A stretch of 64,000 nucleotides of DNA, taken from NCBI GenBank assembly GCA_037132255.1, contig JBAXPN010000001.1:276113-340112 (forward strand), read 5' to 3'. Position numbers and translations under genes: made by a program. The notes under the pieces are model-generated. The model was not told the DNA's origin. It saw only the letters and a program-made list of their open reading frames with translations, and made no database searches. Shown here piece after piece: positions 53,727 through 61,464 of this stretch; position 1 is the stretch's first letter; the number at the start of each line of letters is the position of its first letter. The DNA comes from Candidatus Falkowbacteria bacterium (GTDB lineage: Bacteria; Patescibacteriota; Patescibacteriia; Patescibacteriales; UBA12465).

Positions 53727-53762
53727 AAATAAAAAGAGGTCGCTTTTAGAGGCTAGACCTCT
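53727..53762 (-). terminator. terminator hairpin between the 53826..55346 gene and rpsB, with an alternative pairing
   Basis: Minus strand AGAGGTC (53762-53756) / GACCTCT (53741-53735) followed by a U-run. The same 5' arm can instead pair with CCTCT (53752-53748). A TTGACA-17-TATCTT promoter-like element (53798-53770) ends just upstream. Confidence 0.55.
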
Positions 53763-53825
53763 GCTAATAAAGATATATTAAAAATGGCTACTTGTCAAGA
53801 CAAAACAGGCTTATTTACGGCGTAT

Positions 53826-55346
53826 TTAGAGCTGATAAAATGATCTTTGCGATTCGTTATAAAGAATGACTTTAGCGTTGTACTCATTAACCTTTACCTG
53901 ATAAATCGCCAAATCGGCATTATAGATATTAATCGCACTATTATAGCTAGGCACCAAATTATTATACTCCTTAAATTGGCCGTTATTGTAATAAATATCC
54001 ATCTGGCTTTTTATCGCTTTAGCGGCATTTTCTTTCACCACTAGCTTCGTGCCCAAATCATTAATTTCGAGTTGGAGAGTGTTTAATTCAATCTTTCCGA
54101 GACGCAAAGCATCTGCTCGAGCAATCAAAGACGGAATACCCTGATATAGTTTACCACTCGTTGCTTGGTATATTTCAATCTTACCCAAATTACTGGAATC
54201 AAAAAGATTGGTAAATTCTTCAACTGTTTGAGCTTGACCGTTATTAATACTTTGCGGGATAACACCCAAAGGAAAATAATTGGTTGTTTCGCCATAGCAA
54301 TATCCGGAATTATTCAAGGAATATTCTTTTGGACAAGCAATGCCCAGGGCTGTGTGGTTACGATCAGGAAAATCTAAAATCGCCGCTCCGTATCCTAATT
54401 TTCGAAAAAGTAAAACTGCCAGAAAAGTTTTATCAGAACAGACACCCTTATCTAAATATAAAGTCTCATACGGAAAATAAGGATTATCATTAACACCTGA
54501 GCCGGCATTTATTTTGGGCTGATCATACGGAATATATTGTACAAAGGATAAAACAAATTCGGCTGTTTGGTCATCGCTCCAATTATTAGCAGTCGCCACT
54601 TTCTTTAGTTTGGCTAGAATTTCATCAATCGAGCTATCGTCGGTTTTTAATTTTAAAAATAAACCATAGAATACCTCACGCAAATTAGTCGGCTCATTAT
54701 TGCTACTATAGGTATAAACTCTAGAAGAAGTCTTATAACTATTATAAAGCGTAAGCGACATCGGTAAGCTTAGCTCGTAATTATTAGTTCGGTATTTAAA
54801 AGTAAAGCGATTACTCTGACTACTGACAATCGGCGCAGGCGTTACGGAACTAATTGGTTTAGCACTTATGACAGGACTACTCGCTGTGGAAATTAAAATG
54901 GATTCTAAATCGCGGTTGCTAATTCCGAGCCCCCACTGACGCATAACATTAAAAGCATCTGCCGGACGACCGAGATAATATAATTTTAATTCAACTGGAT
55001 CAACATAATAAGCTTGCCCCTTATCCTGAACTTTTAATAAAATTCTGCCAGCTAAGCGCGCTGGGACTCTACTAAAATAGGAATTTAAATCGGTATTAGA
55101 AACGCCGAGGCCAAGCGAACGCATCACTAAAAATGCATCATCAGGCCGACCTAAATAATAACGACGATTATTTAAGGGGTTAACATACCAAGCCTGACCT
55201 TTGTCCTGTACCTGAAGCAATATTCTGCCTTTTAAACTAATTGCCGCTTCTGCCTTTTTTACGCCAACAAAACTAGTCCCGAAACCAGAAAGCCCGGAAC
55301 TAACAAATATAATTAAGAAAAAAAGTTTTAAGCGGCAATTTTTCAT
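53826..55346 (-). CDS. secreted protein: two tandem ~60-aa N-terminal repeats, transglutaminase-like Cys-protease core (tentative), C-terminal coiled coil
   Basis: 506 aa with a signal peptide. Repeats GRILLQVQDKGQAWYVNPLNNRRYYLGRPDDAFLVMRSLGLGVSNTDL and GRILLKVQDKGQAYYVDPVELKLYYLGRPADAFNVMRQWGLGISNRDL. KGVCSDKTFLAVLLFRKLGY...NHTALGI resembles a transglutaminase core. Confidence 0.55.
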   Translation of the reverse strand: MKNCRLKLFFLIIFVSSGLSGFGTSFVGVKKAEAAISLKGRILLQVQDKGQAWYVNPLNNRRYYLGRPDDAFLVMRSLGLGVSNTDLNSYFSRVPARLAGRILLKVQDKGQAYYVDPVELKLYYLGRPADAFNVMRQWGLGISNRDLESILISTASSPVISAKPISSVTPAPIVSSQSNRFTFKYRTNNYELSLPMSLTLYNSYKTSSRVYTYSSNNEPTNLREVFYGLFLKLKTDDSSIDEILAKLKKVATANNWSDDQTAEFVLSFVQYIPYDQPKINAGSGVNDNPYFPYETLYLDKGVCSDKTFLAVLLFRKLGYGAAILDFPDRNHTALGIACPKEYSLNNSGYCYGETTNYFPLGVIPQSINNGQAQTVEEFTNLFDSSNLGKIEIYQATSGKLYQGIPSLIARADALRLGKIELNTLQLEINDLGTKLVVKENAAKAIKSQMDIYYNNGQFKEYNNLVPSYNSAINIYNADLAIYQVKVNEYNAKVILYNESQRSFYQL

Positions 55347-55355
55347 TGAATTATT

Positions 55356-56027
55356 TTAATCAATTAAAGTAATAAATAAATCCTCATCAGGCGGTGACGG
55401 TAAATGACTAACATCATTAATATAGTTTATTTTTACGAAGCCGTCGCGATCAATAACTAATTTTGTGATCGATGATTGAAATATCTCTAATGACAAAAAA
55501 CCGATTACATCAGCATTCAAAATGCCAGTCACGAGTGCCTTGATAAAATTTCCATGTGAAAATAAAGCGACACTCTTTCCTTTATTATGCTTGTAGATAT
55601 CCGCCAAGGCACGCCGAGCATTTGTTTGCATTTTATCGAGCTGGCGATCAAGCTCGAGATGATATTTTAATTTTTTTTCTCGATTTTTTTCCGACACATT
55701 GAAATATTTAGTCCTAAGCCAATGCGTCCAATCAATTTCGTTTAATCTTTTATCAAAGACTACTAACTTCTTTTTCTTCTGAGCATAGATTAATGCTGTT
55801 TCCTGCGCCCGAGCCAATTCACTCGCATAAATCTTATCAAACTTCATCGTTAACAATTTTTTTGTTAAAAATTTTCGCTGTTCAAGCCCCGTCTCAGACA
55901 AAAGCATATTACGTTCCCCCACTTTTTTTTCCGTCGTATAGTCAGGATGGCAATGACGAATTAAATAAACCTCGGTATAAGGTTCCCGCGTTTTAGGTTT
56001 TATCTTTATGTAAGGATTTTTGTACAT
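55356..56027 (-). CDS. histidine phosphatase family protein (phosphoglycerate-mutase-like)
   Basis: 223 aa. VYLIRHCHPDY (RH motif) and a second His in LFSHGNFI. Confidence 0.7.
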   Translation of the reverse strand: MYKNPYIKIKPKTREPYTEVYLIRHCHPDYTTEKKVGERNMLLSETGLEQRKFLTKKLLTMKFDKIYASELARAQETALIYAQKKKKLVVFDKRLNEIDWTHWLRTKYFNVSEKNREKKLKYHLELDRQLDKMQTNARRALADIYKHNKGKSVALFSHGNFIKALVTGILNADVIGFLSLEIFQSSITKLVIDRDGFVKINYINDVSHLPSPPDEDLFITLID

Positions 56028-56036
56028 TTTTTATTA

Positions 56037-56627
56037 TTAGAGATTGCTGGTGGCAAATTCCCAATTTAAGATATTTTTTAATATTCCTTCAACGAAATCG
56101 GCTCGACGATTCTGGTAATCCAAATAATAAGCATGTTCCCAAACATCGATTGTGAGAACTGGCTTAAGACCATGGACTATTGGAGTATCGGCGTTAGCAG
56201 TCTTAAAGATTTTTAATATTTCCCCTTCAAGTACTAACCAGGCCCAACCGCTTCCAAACTGCGCCAAGGCAGCTGCTTTTAATTCTGTATAAAAATTTTC
56301 AAGACTTCCGAAAGATTTATTAATTAAGGCTAATAGTTTTTCGCCTGGCTCCGAAGAAACGCCTACCGGACGCAAGCTCTTCCAAAAAAAATCATGATTA
56401 TACATCTGAGCGGCATTATTAAATATTCCCGCGCGACTAACATCGCTTGCAGTATCTAAAATAATATTTTCCAAACTTTTGGCTTCTAAATCAGAGTCCA
56501 GAATCAATTTATTAAGATTATCGACATAGGCCTGATGATGCTTTCCGTAGTGGAAATCGAGTGTTTTTGAAGAAATATATGGTTCAAGCGCATTTTTTTC
56601 AAATGGCAGTAATGATAAAGTAAACAT
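56037..56627 (-). CDS. Fe/Mn superoxide dismutase
   Basis: 196 aa. LPFEKNALEPYIS..LDFHYGKHH and DVWEHAYYLDYQNRR. Confidence 0.95.
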   Translation of the reverse strand: MFTLSLLPFEKNALEPYISSKTLDFHYGKHHQAYVDNLNKLILDSDLEAKSLENIILDTASDVSRAGIFNNAAQMYNHDFFWKSLRPVGVSSEPGEKLLALINKSFGSLENFYTELKAAALAQFGSGWAWLVLEGEILKIFKTANADTPIVHGLKPVLTIDVWEHAYYLDYQNRRADFVEGILKNILNWEFATSNL

Positions 56628-56780
56628 AAATTTATGATTAATATTAATAGATTAATTATAACAAACTTTTGCTGCAGCTACTAATTAATACGTGAATCAA
56701 ATAATATACTTTTTTCTCACAAAATATTAATCTAATATTGGCTAATTTTGATGAAATTTGAGAATAATCGCCTACTACTA

Positions 56781-56809
56781 TTGACAATTACAAATAATAA
56801 TGATAATAT
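56781..56809 (+). promoter_or_regulatory. near-consensus promoter of the candidate ncRNA
   Basis: TTGACA (56781-56786), exactly 17 nt, TAATAT (56804-56809). Confidence 0.6.
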
Positions 56810-56815
56810 ATTAAT

Positions 56816-57073
56816 CCGTTCATTATGAGCAAAAAAAATTGCGGGAAAGAACACGAAATGCGAGCTAGTCGAATAACCAAGCTGCCAATGCCGGTAATCG
56901 TCTTAAACTCTATAGCGCCCAGCGCTGTAATAATTCGTAATATCTTTACCCGAACGATGTGTACTGCCCAGGCAGTGCGCGGCGCAGTGAACTCCGATCA
57001 CTGCTCAATAGATTAACATCTACCGCGGATAACGCATCTTTTTGAGGGGACCACGCGTTCCCTCTCTTTTTTT
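56816..57073 (+). ncRNA. candidate structured non-coding RNA, class not identified
   Basis: GC about 46% (102/220, hand count) in a ~33% GC genome. Bounded by a promoter and a strong terminator. Nested long-range helices 56842-56850/56943-56952 and 56853-56857/56934-56938. Hairpins at 56914-56926, 56961-56978 and 56984-57004. No plus-strand gene lies downstream. Confidence 0.5.
57044..57073 (+). terminator. rho-independent terminator of the candidate ncRNA
   Basis: Stem GAGGGGA (57044-57050) / TTCCCTC (57058-57064), 7-nt loop, T7 run at 57067-57073. No U-run in the minus orientation. Confidence 0.8.
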
Positions 57074-57092
57074 ATCTATATATATGTGGCCA

Positions 57093-57656
57093 TTATATTA
57101 ATTGGCCATTTTTTAATTTAAGTCTTAAAGCACGAAAATCCGGAATGGTATGTGTAACTAGCTTCCAAAAGCTTGCCGAGTGATTAAATTCTTTTAAATG
57201 GCAAAGCTCATGGACAATAACATAATCAGAAACTTCTGGCGGCAAAAATAATAAGCGAAAATTGAAATTTAAATTTCCCTGGCGCGAGCAACTTCCCCAG
57301 CGCGACTTTTGATCACGAATGCTAATTGTCCCGTATTTAAAATTATAAAAGGAATTGAAATATTCCAAACGCTCGATAACAAGTTTTCTCGCTTTTTCAC
57401 GGGCATTAAGGTAATCGCGTCTCGTTAAAAGATTAAGCGGATTAACCGGTGAATTTTTAAAATTATTAATCCTGCTAATAATCCACGCGGATTTTGAAAG
57501 AATAAAATTATCAACTTGTTCCGTTCGAAGATTACGCGGTTGAGTCACAATTAGATCGCCATTACAATAAATCGCCAAACGTAAACGTTTGGCGCGTGGA
57601 CTTATTTTTAGTGTATAAGTTATATTCTGTTCTCCTAATTTTATTTCTTTAACCAT
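57093..57656 (-). CDS. DUF45/YgjP-like (M48-related) zinc metallopeptidase
   Basis: 187 aa. SRWGSCS... and HELCHLKEFNHSASFW (HExxH). Confidence 0.75.
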   Translation of the reverse strand: MVKEIKLGEQNITYTLKISPRAKRLRLAIYCNGDLIVTQPRNLRTEQVDNFILSKSAWIISRINNFKNSPVNPLNLLTRRDYLNAREKARKLVIERLEYFNSFYNFKYGTISIRDQKSRWGSCSRQGNLNFNFRLLFLPPEVSDYVIVHELCHLKEFNHSASFWKLVTHTIPDFRALRLKLKNGQLI

Positions 57657-58288
57657 TAAATCTTATTTAATTCCCGTAATTTATTATCAATAATTTCAGT
57701 TAGCCAGGCAAAATCTTCTTTATTTCTAAAATCACGATCGCTGCGATCAATATACAAAACATTATCTAGCTTGAAACTCTTCAAATATTCATCATGTGTT
57801 TCATGAATGGCGGCATAGCGCTCGAGAAAATCATTATTTATTTCGAAGCTTCGACCGCGGGAAGACACAAATTCTTTTATTTTTTGTGGGCTAGCCTTTA
57901 AGCTTATAACTAAATCTGGCCAGGGAAAAATTTTTCTATCTAACTCAGCTGCCCTTGTCATTAACTCTTTTTCGAAGGGATCACTTAAAAACTCGCGACA
58001 GCAAACCTCATTAACTAACCAAAAGTTATCAAGAAAAACTATTTTATTTTTTGCCTTTTCGCTTAGAGCATCTAAATACTGCGAAAAGGTTTTATTGCGA
58101 AAGTATGTTCTAGTTGCCAATTGTTTTTCTCCGGTTTTTATTCCTTCTCTAACCGTTTCGGGAAAATCTTTTTCTTCGCCTTCAAACAAGGCTACCGCCT
58201 TATAGTGCTCAGACAGGCGACGGACGAGAGATGATTTACCAGTGCCCGGCCCTCCCGATACCGCGATAATTATTCCCTCCTTAGTCAT
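57656..58288 (-). CDS. P-loop kinase, deoxynucleoside/nucleotide-kinase-like
   Basis: I start at ATG 58288 (MTKEGIIIAVSGGPGTGKSS...) because the track's start at 58345 overlaps rlmN. Walker A present, and the size fits dNK/NMP kinases. The stop overlaps the DUF45 start by 1 nt. Confidence 0.5.
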   Translation of the reverse strand: MTKEGIIIAVSGGPGTGKSSLVRRLSEHYKAVALFEGEEKDFPETVREGIKTGEKQLATRTYFRNKTFSQYLDALSEKAKNKIVFLDNFWLVNEVCCREFLSDPFEKELMTRAAELDRKIFPWPDLVISLKASPQKIKEFVSSRGRSFEINNDFLERYAAIHETHDEYLKSFKLDNVLYIDRSDRDFRNKEDFAWLTEIIDNKLRELNKI

Positions 58289-58292
58289 ATAA

Positions 58293-59300
58293 CTATTTCT
58301 TTTTACCTCGTAATTGGCCACAGGCAGCCGTAATATCTGCTCCAAAACTCAGGCGAACAGTAACGGCAACGCCGGCCTCCTCTAATATTTTTTTGAATTT
58401 TTCAATTCGTTCTCGACTTGAGGCTTGAAAACGACCGGTTGGATTATAAGGAATAAGGTTAACCATATAGAGCGGTTTCTTCAAAAGTTTGATTAGCTCA
58501 AAAGCGTCTTTATCGCTATCATTGATTCCTTTCATCATTAAATATTCAAACATAACTCGACGCCCAGTCTTGGTAATATAATTATCAACCGTTTTAAGAA
58601 TCTCGTGCAAATTATATTTCTGAGCAATCGGCATTAAATCGCGTCGCAAATTATCGTTAGACGCATGAAGCGATATAGCTAAATTGATCTGCATTTTTTC
58701 GCCAGCCAATTTCTTTATTCCTTCTGTGATGCCGGAAGTCGAAACCGACATTCGGCGTGAGCCAATATTCAATGTCTCCGGGTTATTGATAAACTTAGCC
58801 GCCTTAATAAACTCTACATAATTAAGAAATGGCTCGCCCATACCCATGAAGACAATATTATCTACCTTTTCTCCCTTCCCTTCATTCTTCAAATAACGTG
58901 ACCAAAAAACTACCTGTTCAACAATTTCTTCAGATTTTAAATCTCGTCTAAATCCATAATTTCCGGTAGCACAAAATTCACATGCGAGAGCGCAACCTAC
59001 CTGAGAGGAAACACAAACGGTATTTCGCTTATCCTTTTGACGAATTAGAACAGTCTCAATTGCCTCGTCATCAGCTAAAGTAATAAGCGCTTTAATACTT
59101 TTATTTTTACTTTTATTTTTATCGAGTTGCGCCTTAATTTCTAAAGGACATTCGGCGTCTAATTTTTCTCTTAGACCTTTCGGTAAATTAGAAACCTCTT
59201 GCCAAGAAGAAATAAAATCTTGCCAAACAGCTTTATTTACCTGGACATATCGATACTTCGGTTCATCCTGAAGGATACTGGATAATTTAGATAAATTCAT
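58293..59300 (-). CDS. rlmN: 23S rRNA/tRNA (adenine-C2)-methyltransferase RlmN (radical SAM)
   Basis: 335 aa. VSSQVGCALACEFCATG, GMGEPFLN, and C-terminal Cys in DITAACGQL. Confidence 0.92.
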   Translation of the reverse strand: MNLSKLSSILQDEPKYRYVQVNKAVWQDFISSWQEVSNLPKGLREKLDAECPLEIKAQLDKNKSKNKSIKALITLADDEAIETVLIRQKDKRNTVCVSSQVGCALACEFCATGNYGFRRDLKSEEIVEQVVFWSRYLKNEGKGEKVDNIVFMGMGEPFLNYVEFIKAAKFINNPETLNIGSRRMSVSTSGITEGIKKLAGEKMQINLAISLHASNDNLRRDLMPIAQKYNLHEILKTVDNYITKTGRRVMFEYLMMKGINDSDKDAFELIKLLKKPLYMVNLIPYNPTGRFQASSRERIEKFKKILEEAGVAVTVRLSFGADITAACGQLRGKKK

Positions 59301-59301
59301 T

Positions 59302-60411
59302 TTATTTTTTCTTAAGAATAATTTTTACAATCTCACTTTGCCCGCTTGTTCGCATTGGTGGTCCCCATGTTCCCGCGCCGCGGTTAACAATTAAAGAAAA
59401 GTCGCCATCATTGAATAAACCATGTCCATAACCCTTATAGGCTAGCTTAGCTAGATAATTAAAGGGAAACAATTGGCCATTGTGAGTATGGCCGGATAAT
59501 TGTAGGTCAATTTCCGCCTTTTTAGCAAGCTCAATATTTTTCGGTTCATGAAAAAGCAAAATGCTTGCTTTATCTTTACTGTATCCCACTTGCTCGAGTA
59601 TCGCCTCCTCCAAATCAAAATCTTTATTAAAGGAGTAATTAACACCAATAATTTGTAGACCATCAACAACTCGCATTTTATTATCGAGAATGATGACAGG
59701 ATTATTTTTTAGAAGTTCCATGGCCCTATTGAAACCTAAATATAAATCATGATTTCCGAATGAATAGTATATTCCCCGTGGGACATTCATTTTTGTAAAT
59801 GGATGATTTAACCAGCTAAAATCCGACTCCATGCCGTCAAAGAGATCGCCAGTAATAAACACAGCCTCCGGATTAAGTTCTTGTACCTTTTTAAGTAAAC
59901 GCGCAAATGATCTTTCACGATAAACTGGACCAAGGTGAACATCGGAAATTTGCACAACAACTTTATTATTCCAAGAGTCTGGTAAATCTTTAATAACTAC
60001 TTCATAACTTGTTACTTTCGGCACCCAGGCTTTATACAAACCGAACAGCGACAAAGCAATCGCGCCCACTAGAAATATAAATTTCAGAGCGAATAGCGGG
60101 AAAGAATAATCAAATGACCATCCTAAAAATCGAAGAAGCAGAATGACAATCATCATCAAACTAAAATTTGCCAGTAAACCAATCCAAAATCCCGCTATTA
60201 TATAATACCAACGGGTAAATATATTATCCCATTTATGAATTAAATACGATGCGGCGACCGTGCTTAAGAACACAAAAAGAATTATAAGCGCAGCAATTAG
60301 ACGACCTTCGAAGGAACTAATTTGAAATAATTTAATCAAAAACAACCAGAACAATATATGTCCCGAAAATAAAACAAGAATAGAAACTGCGAAAAAAATT
60401 AATTGCATCAT
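59302..60411 (-). CDS. membrane-anchored calcineurin-like metallophosphoesterase
   Basis: 369 aa. About 4 N-terminal TM helices, then ISDVHLG, TGDLFDG, GNHD, SGHTHNG. Confidence 0.85.
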   Translation of the reverse strand: MMQLIFFAVSILVLFSGHILFWLFLIKLFQISSFEGRLIAALIILFVFLSTVAASYLIHKWDNIFTRWYYIIAGFWIGLLANFSLMMIVILLLRFLGWSFDYSFPLFALKFIFLVGAIALSLFGLYKAWVPKVTSYEVVIKDLPDSWNNKVVVQISDVHLGPVYRERSFARLLKKVQELNPEAVFITGDLFDGMESDFSWLNHPFTKMNVPRGIYYSFGNHDLYLGFNRAMELLKNNPVIILDNKMRVVDGLQIIGVNYSFNKDFDLEEAILEQVGYSKDKASILLFHEPKNIELAKKAEIDLQLSGHTHNGQLFPFNYLAKLAYKGYGHGLFNDGDFSLIVNRGAGTWGPPMRTSGQSEIVKIILKKK

Positions 60412-60415
60412 ACTA

Positions 60416-61447
60416 TTATAAATTTACATTTTCTCGGCGCAAAGAACGCTCAATTCGTTTGATAACTTTTGAGAGAATTTTTACCGCTTCTACCGGGTAA
60501 GCACCAATCGTTGTTTCGTCAGATAACATAATAATATCCGCTCCTTCAAAAACAGCATTAGCGATATCAGAAACTTCAGCCCGAGTAGGGTGAGCGTTAG
60601 TAATCATTGAGGTCATTACTTGAGTGGCGATAATTGCCGGCTTATCATGCCAATGTGCATGACGAACTAAATTTTTCTGGACAATCGGCAAATCTTCAAT
60701 CGGAATTTCTATACCTAAATCACCGCGTGCAATCATAATCACGTCTGAGGCGCAAATTATACTATCAATATTCTTCAAGGCTATCGCCCGTTCAATTTTT
60801 GAAATTATTTTAATTTTAGAATTTTTACCAAGCAAACGGCGCAATTTTTCGACATCATCCGCTGTTTGTACAAAAGAAAGCGCAATATAATCGGTTCCCT
60901 TACTAAGAACGAATCTAACATCTCTAATATCTTTAGGAGTCAGTCCGCCGCGTTTTAAATTTGTATAAGGAACATTTATTCCCTTATGCGAAGTAAGGAA
61001 ACCGCCTTTTACAACTTTTCCAGATATTATTTCATTCTTAACGCTAGTCACTAGAATTTCAATTTCACCATTACATAAATATAATGGTTCACCTTTTTTT
61101 ATATCTAGATGTAGCTCCGAATTATCGATTGGAATTATTCCTTTATTTAATTCACATGTTTTTCCTGGAAAACAAAAACTAATATTCTCGCCGTCATGAA
61201 GCGTTATGCCTTCGGGCACAATTTTTCCAATACGAATTCTTGGCCCTTGCAAATCAGCAATAATGGAAATCTTACGAGTTGATTTTTTATTAAATTGATC
61301 AATAATTTTTTTAACACGCACATATTGCTCATAGCTAGCGTGAGAAAAATTTACTCTAACAATATCAACGCCAGCCTTAAGAAGGGCCTCTAAATTTTGT
61401 GGAGATTCTGATTTTGGTCCAACTGTGGCAATTATTTTAGTACTCAT
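60416..61447 (-). CDS. pyk: pyruvate kinase, short form lacking the C-terminal regulatory domain
   Basis: 343 aa. KIIATVGPKS...VDIVRVNFSH, MIARGDLGIEIP, ATQVMTSM. Ends right after the A-domain, and the next gene starts 4 nt later. Confidence 0.9.
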   Translation of the reverse strand: MSTKIIATVGPKSESPQNLEALLKAGVDIVRVNFSHASYEQYVRVKKIIDQFNKKSTRKISIIADLQGPRIRIGKIVPEGITLHDGENISFCFPGKTCELNKGIIPIDNSELHLDIKKGEPLYLCNGEIEILVTSVKNEIISGKVVKGGFLTSHKGINVPYTNLKRGGLTPKDIRDVRFVLSKGTDYIALSFVQTADDVEKLRRLLGKNSKIKIISKIERAIALKNIDSIICASDVIMIARGDLGIEIPIEDLPIVQKNLVRHAHWHDKPAIIATQVMTSMITNAHPTRAEVSDIANAVFEGADIIMLSDETTIGAYPVEAVKILSKVIKRIERSLRRENVNL

Positions 61448-61464
61448 ATGCTTCTGAATATTGT

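Noticed and set aside
56825-57016. 63-aa ORF (MSKKNCGKEHEMRASRITKLPMPV...) as a conventional protein gene.
   Set aside because: Its third-position GC (~48%) and amino-acid composition are unlike all neighbouring genes, and the region is dominated by stable helices. I kept it only as the secondary hypothesis under the ncRNA finding.
57018-57030. CUACCGCGG resembling the ..GGUACCGCG part of the T-box consensus, just before a terminator.
   Set aside because: The preceding GGGUGG part of the T-box sequence is absent, no specifier-loop features were recognised, and no downstream plus-strand gene exists to be regulated.
58289-58345. Upstream extension of the P-loop kinase ORF.
   Set aside because: It overlaps the 3' end of rlmN by 53 nt. 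The ATG at 58288 lies 4 nt after the rlmN stop and immediately precedes the Walker A motif.
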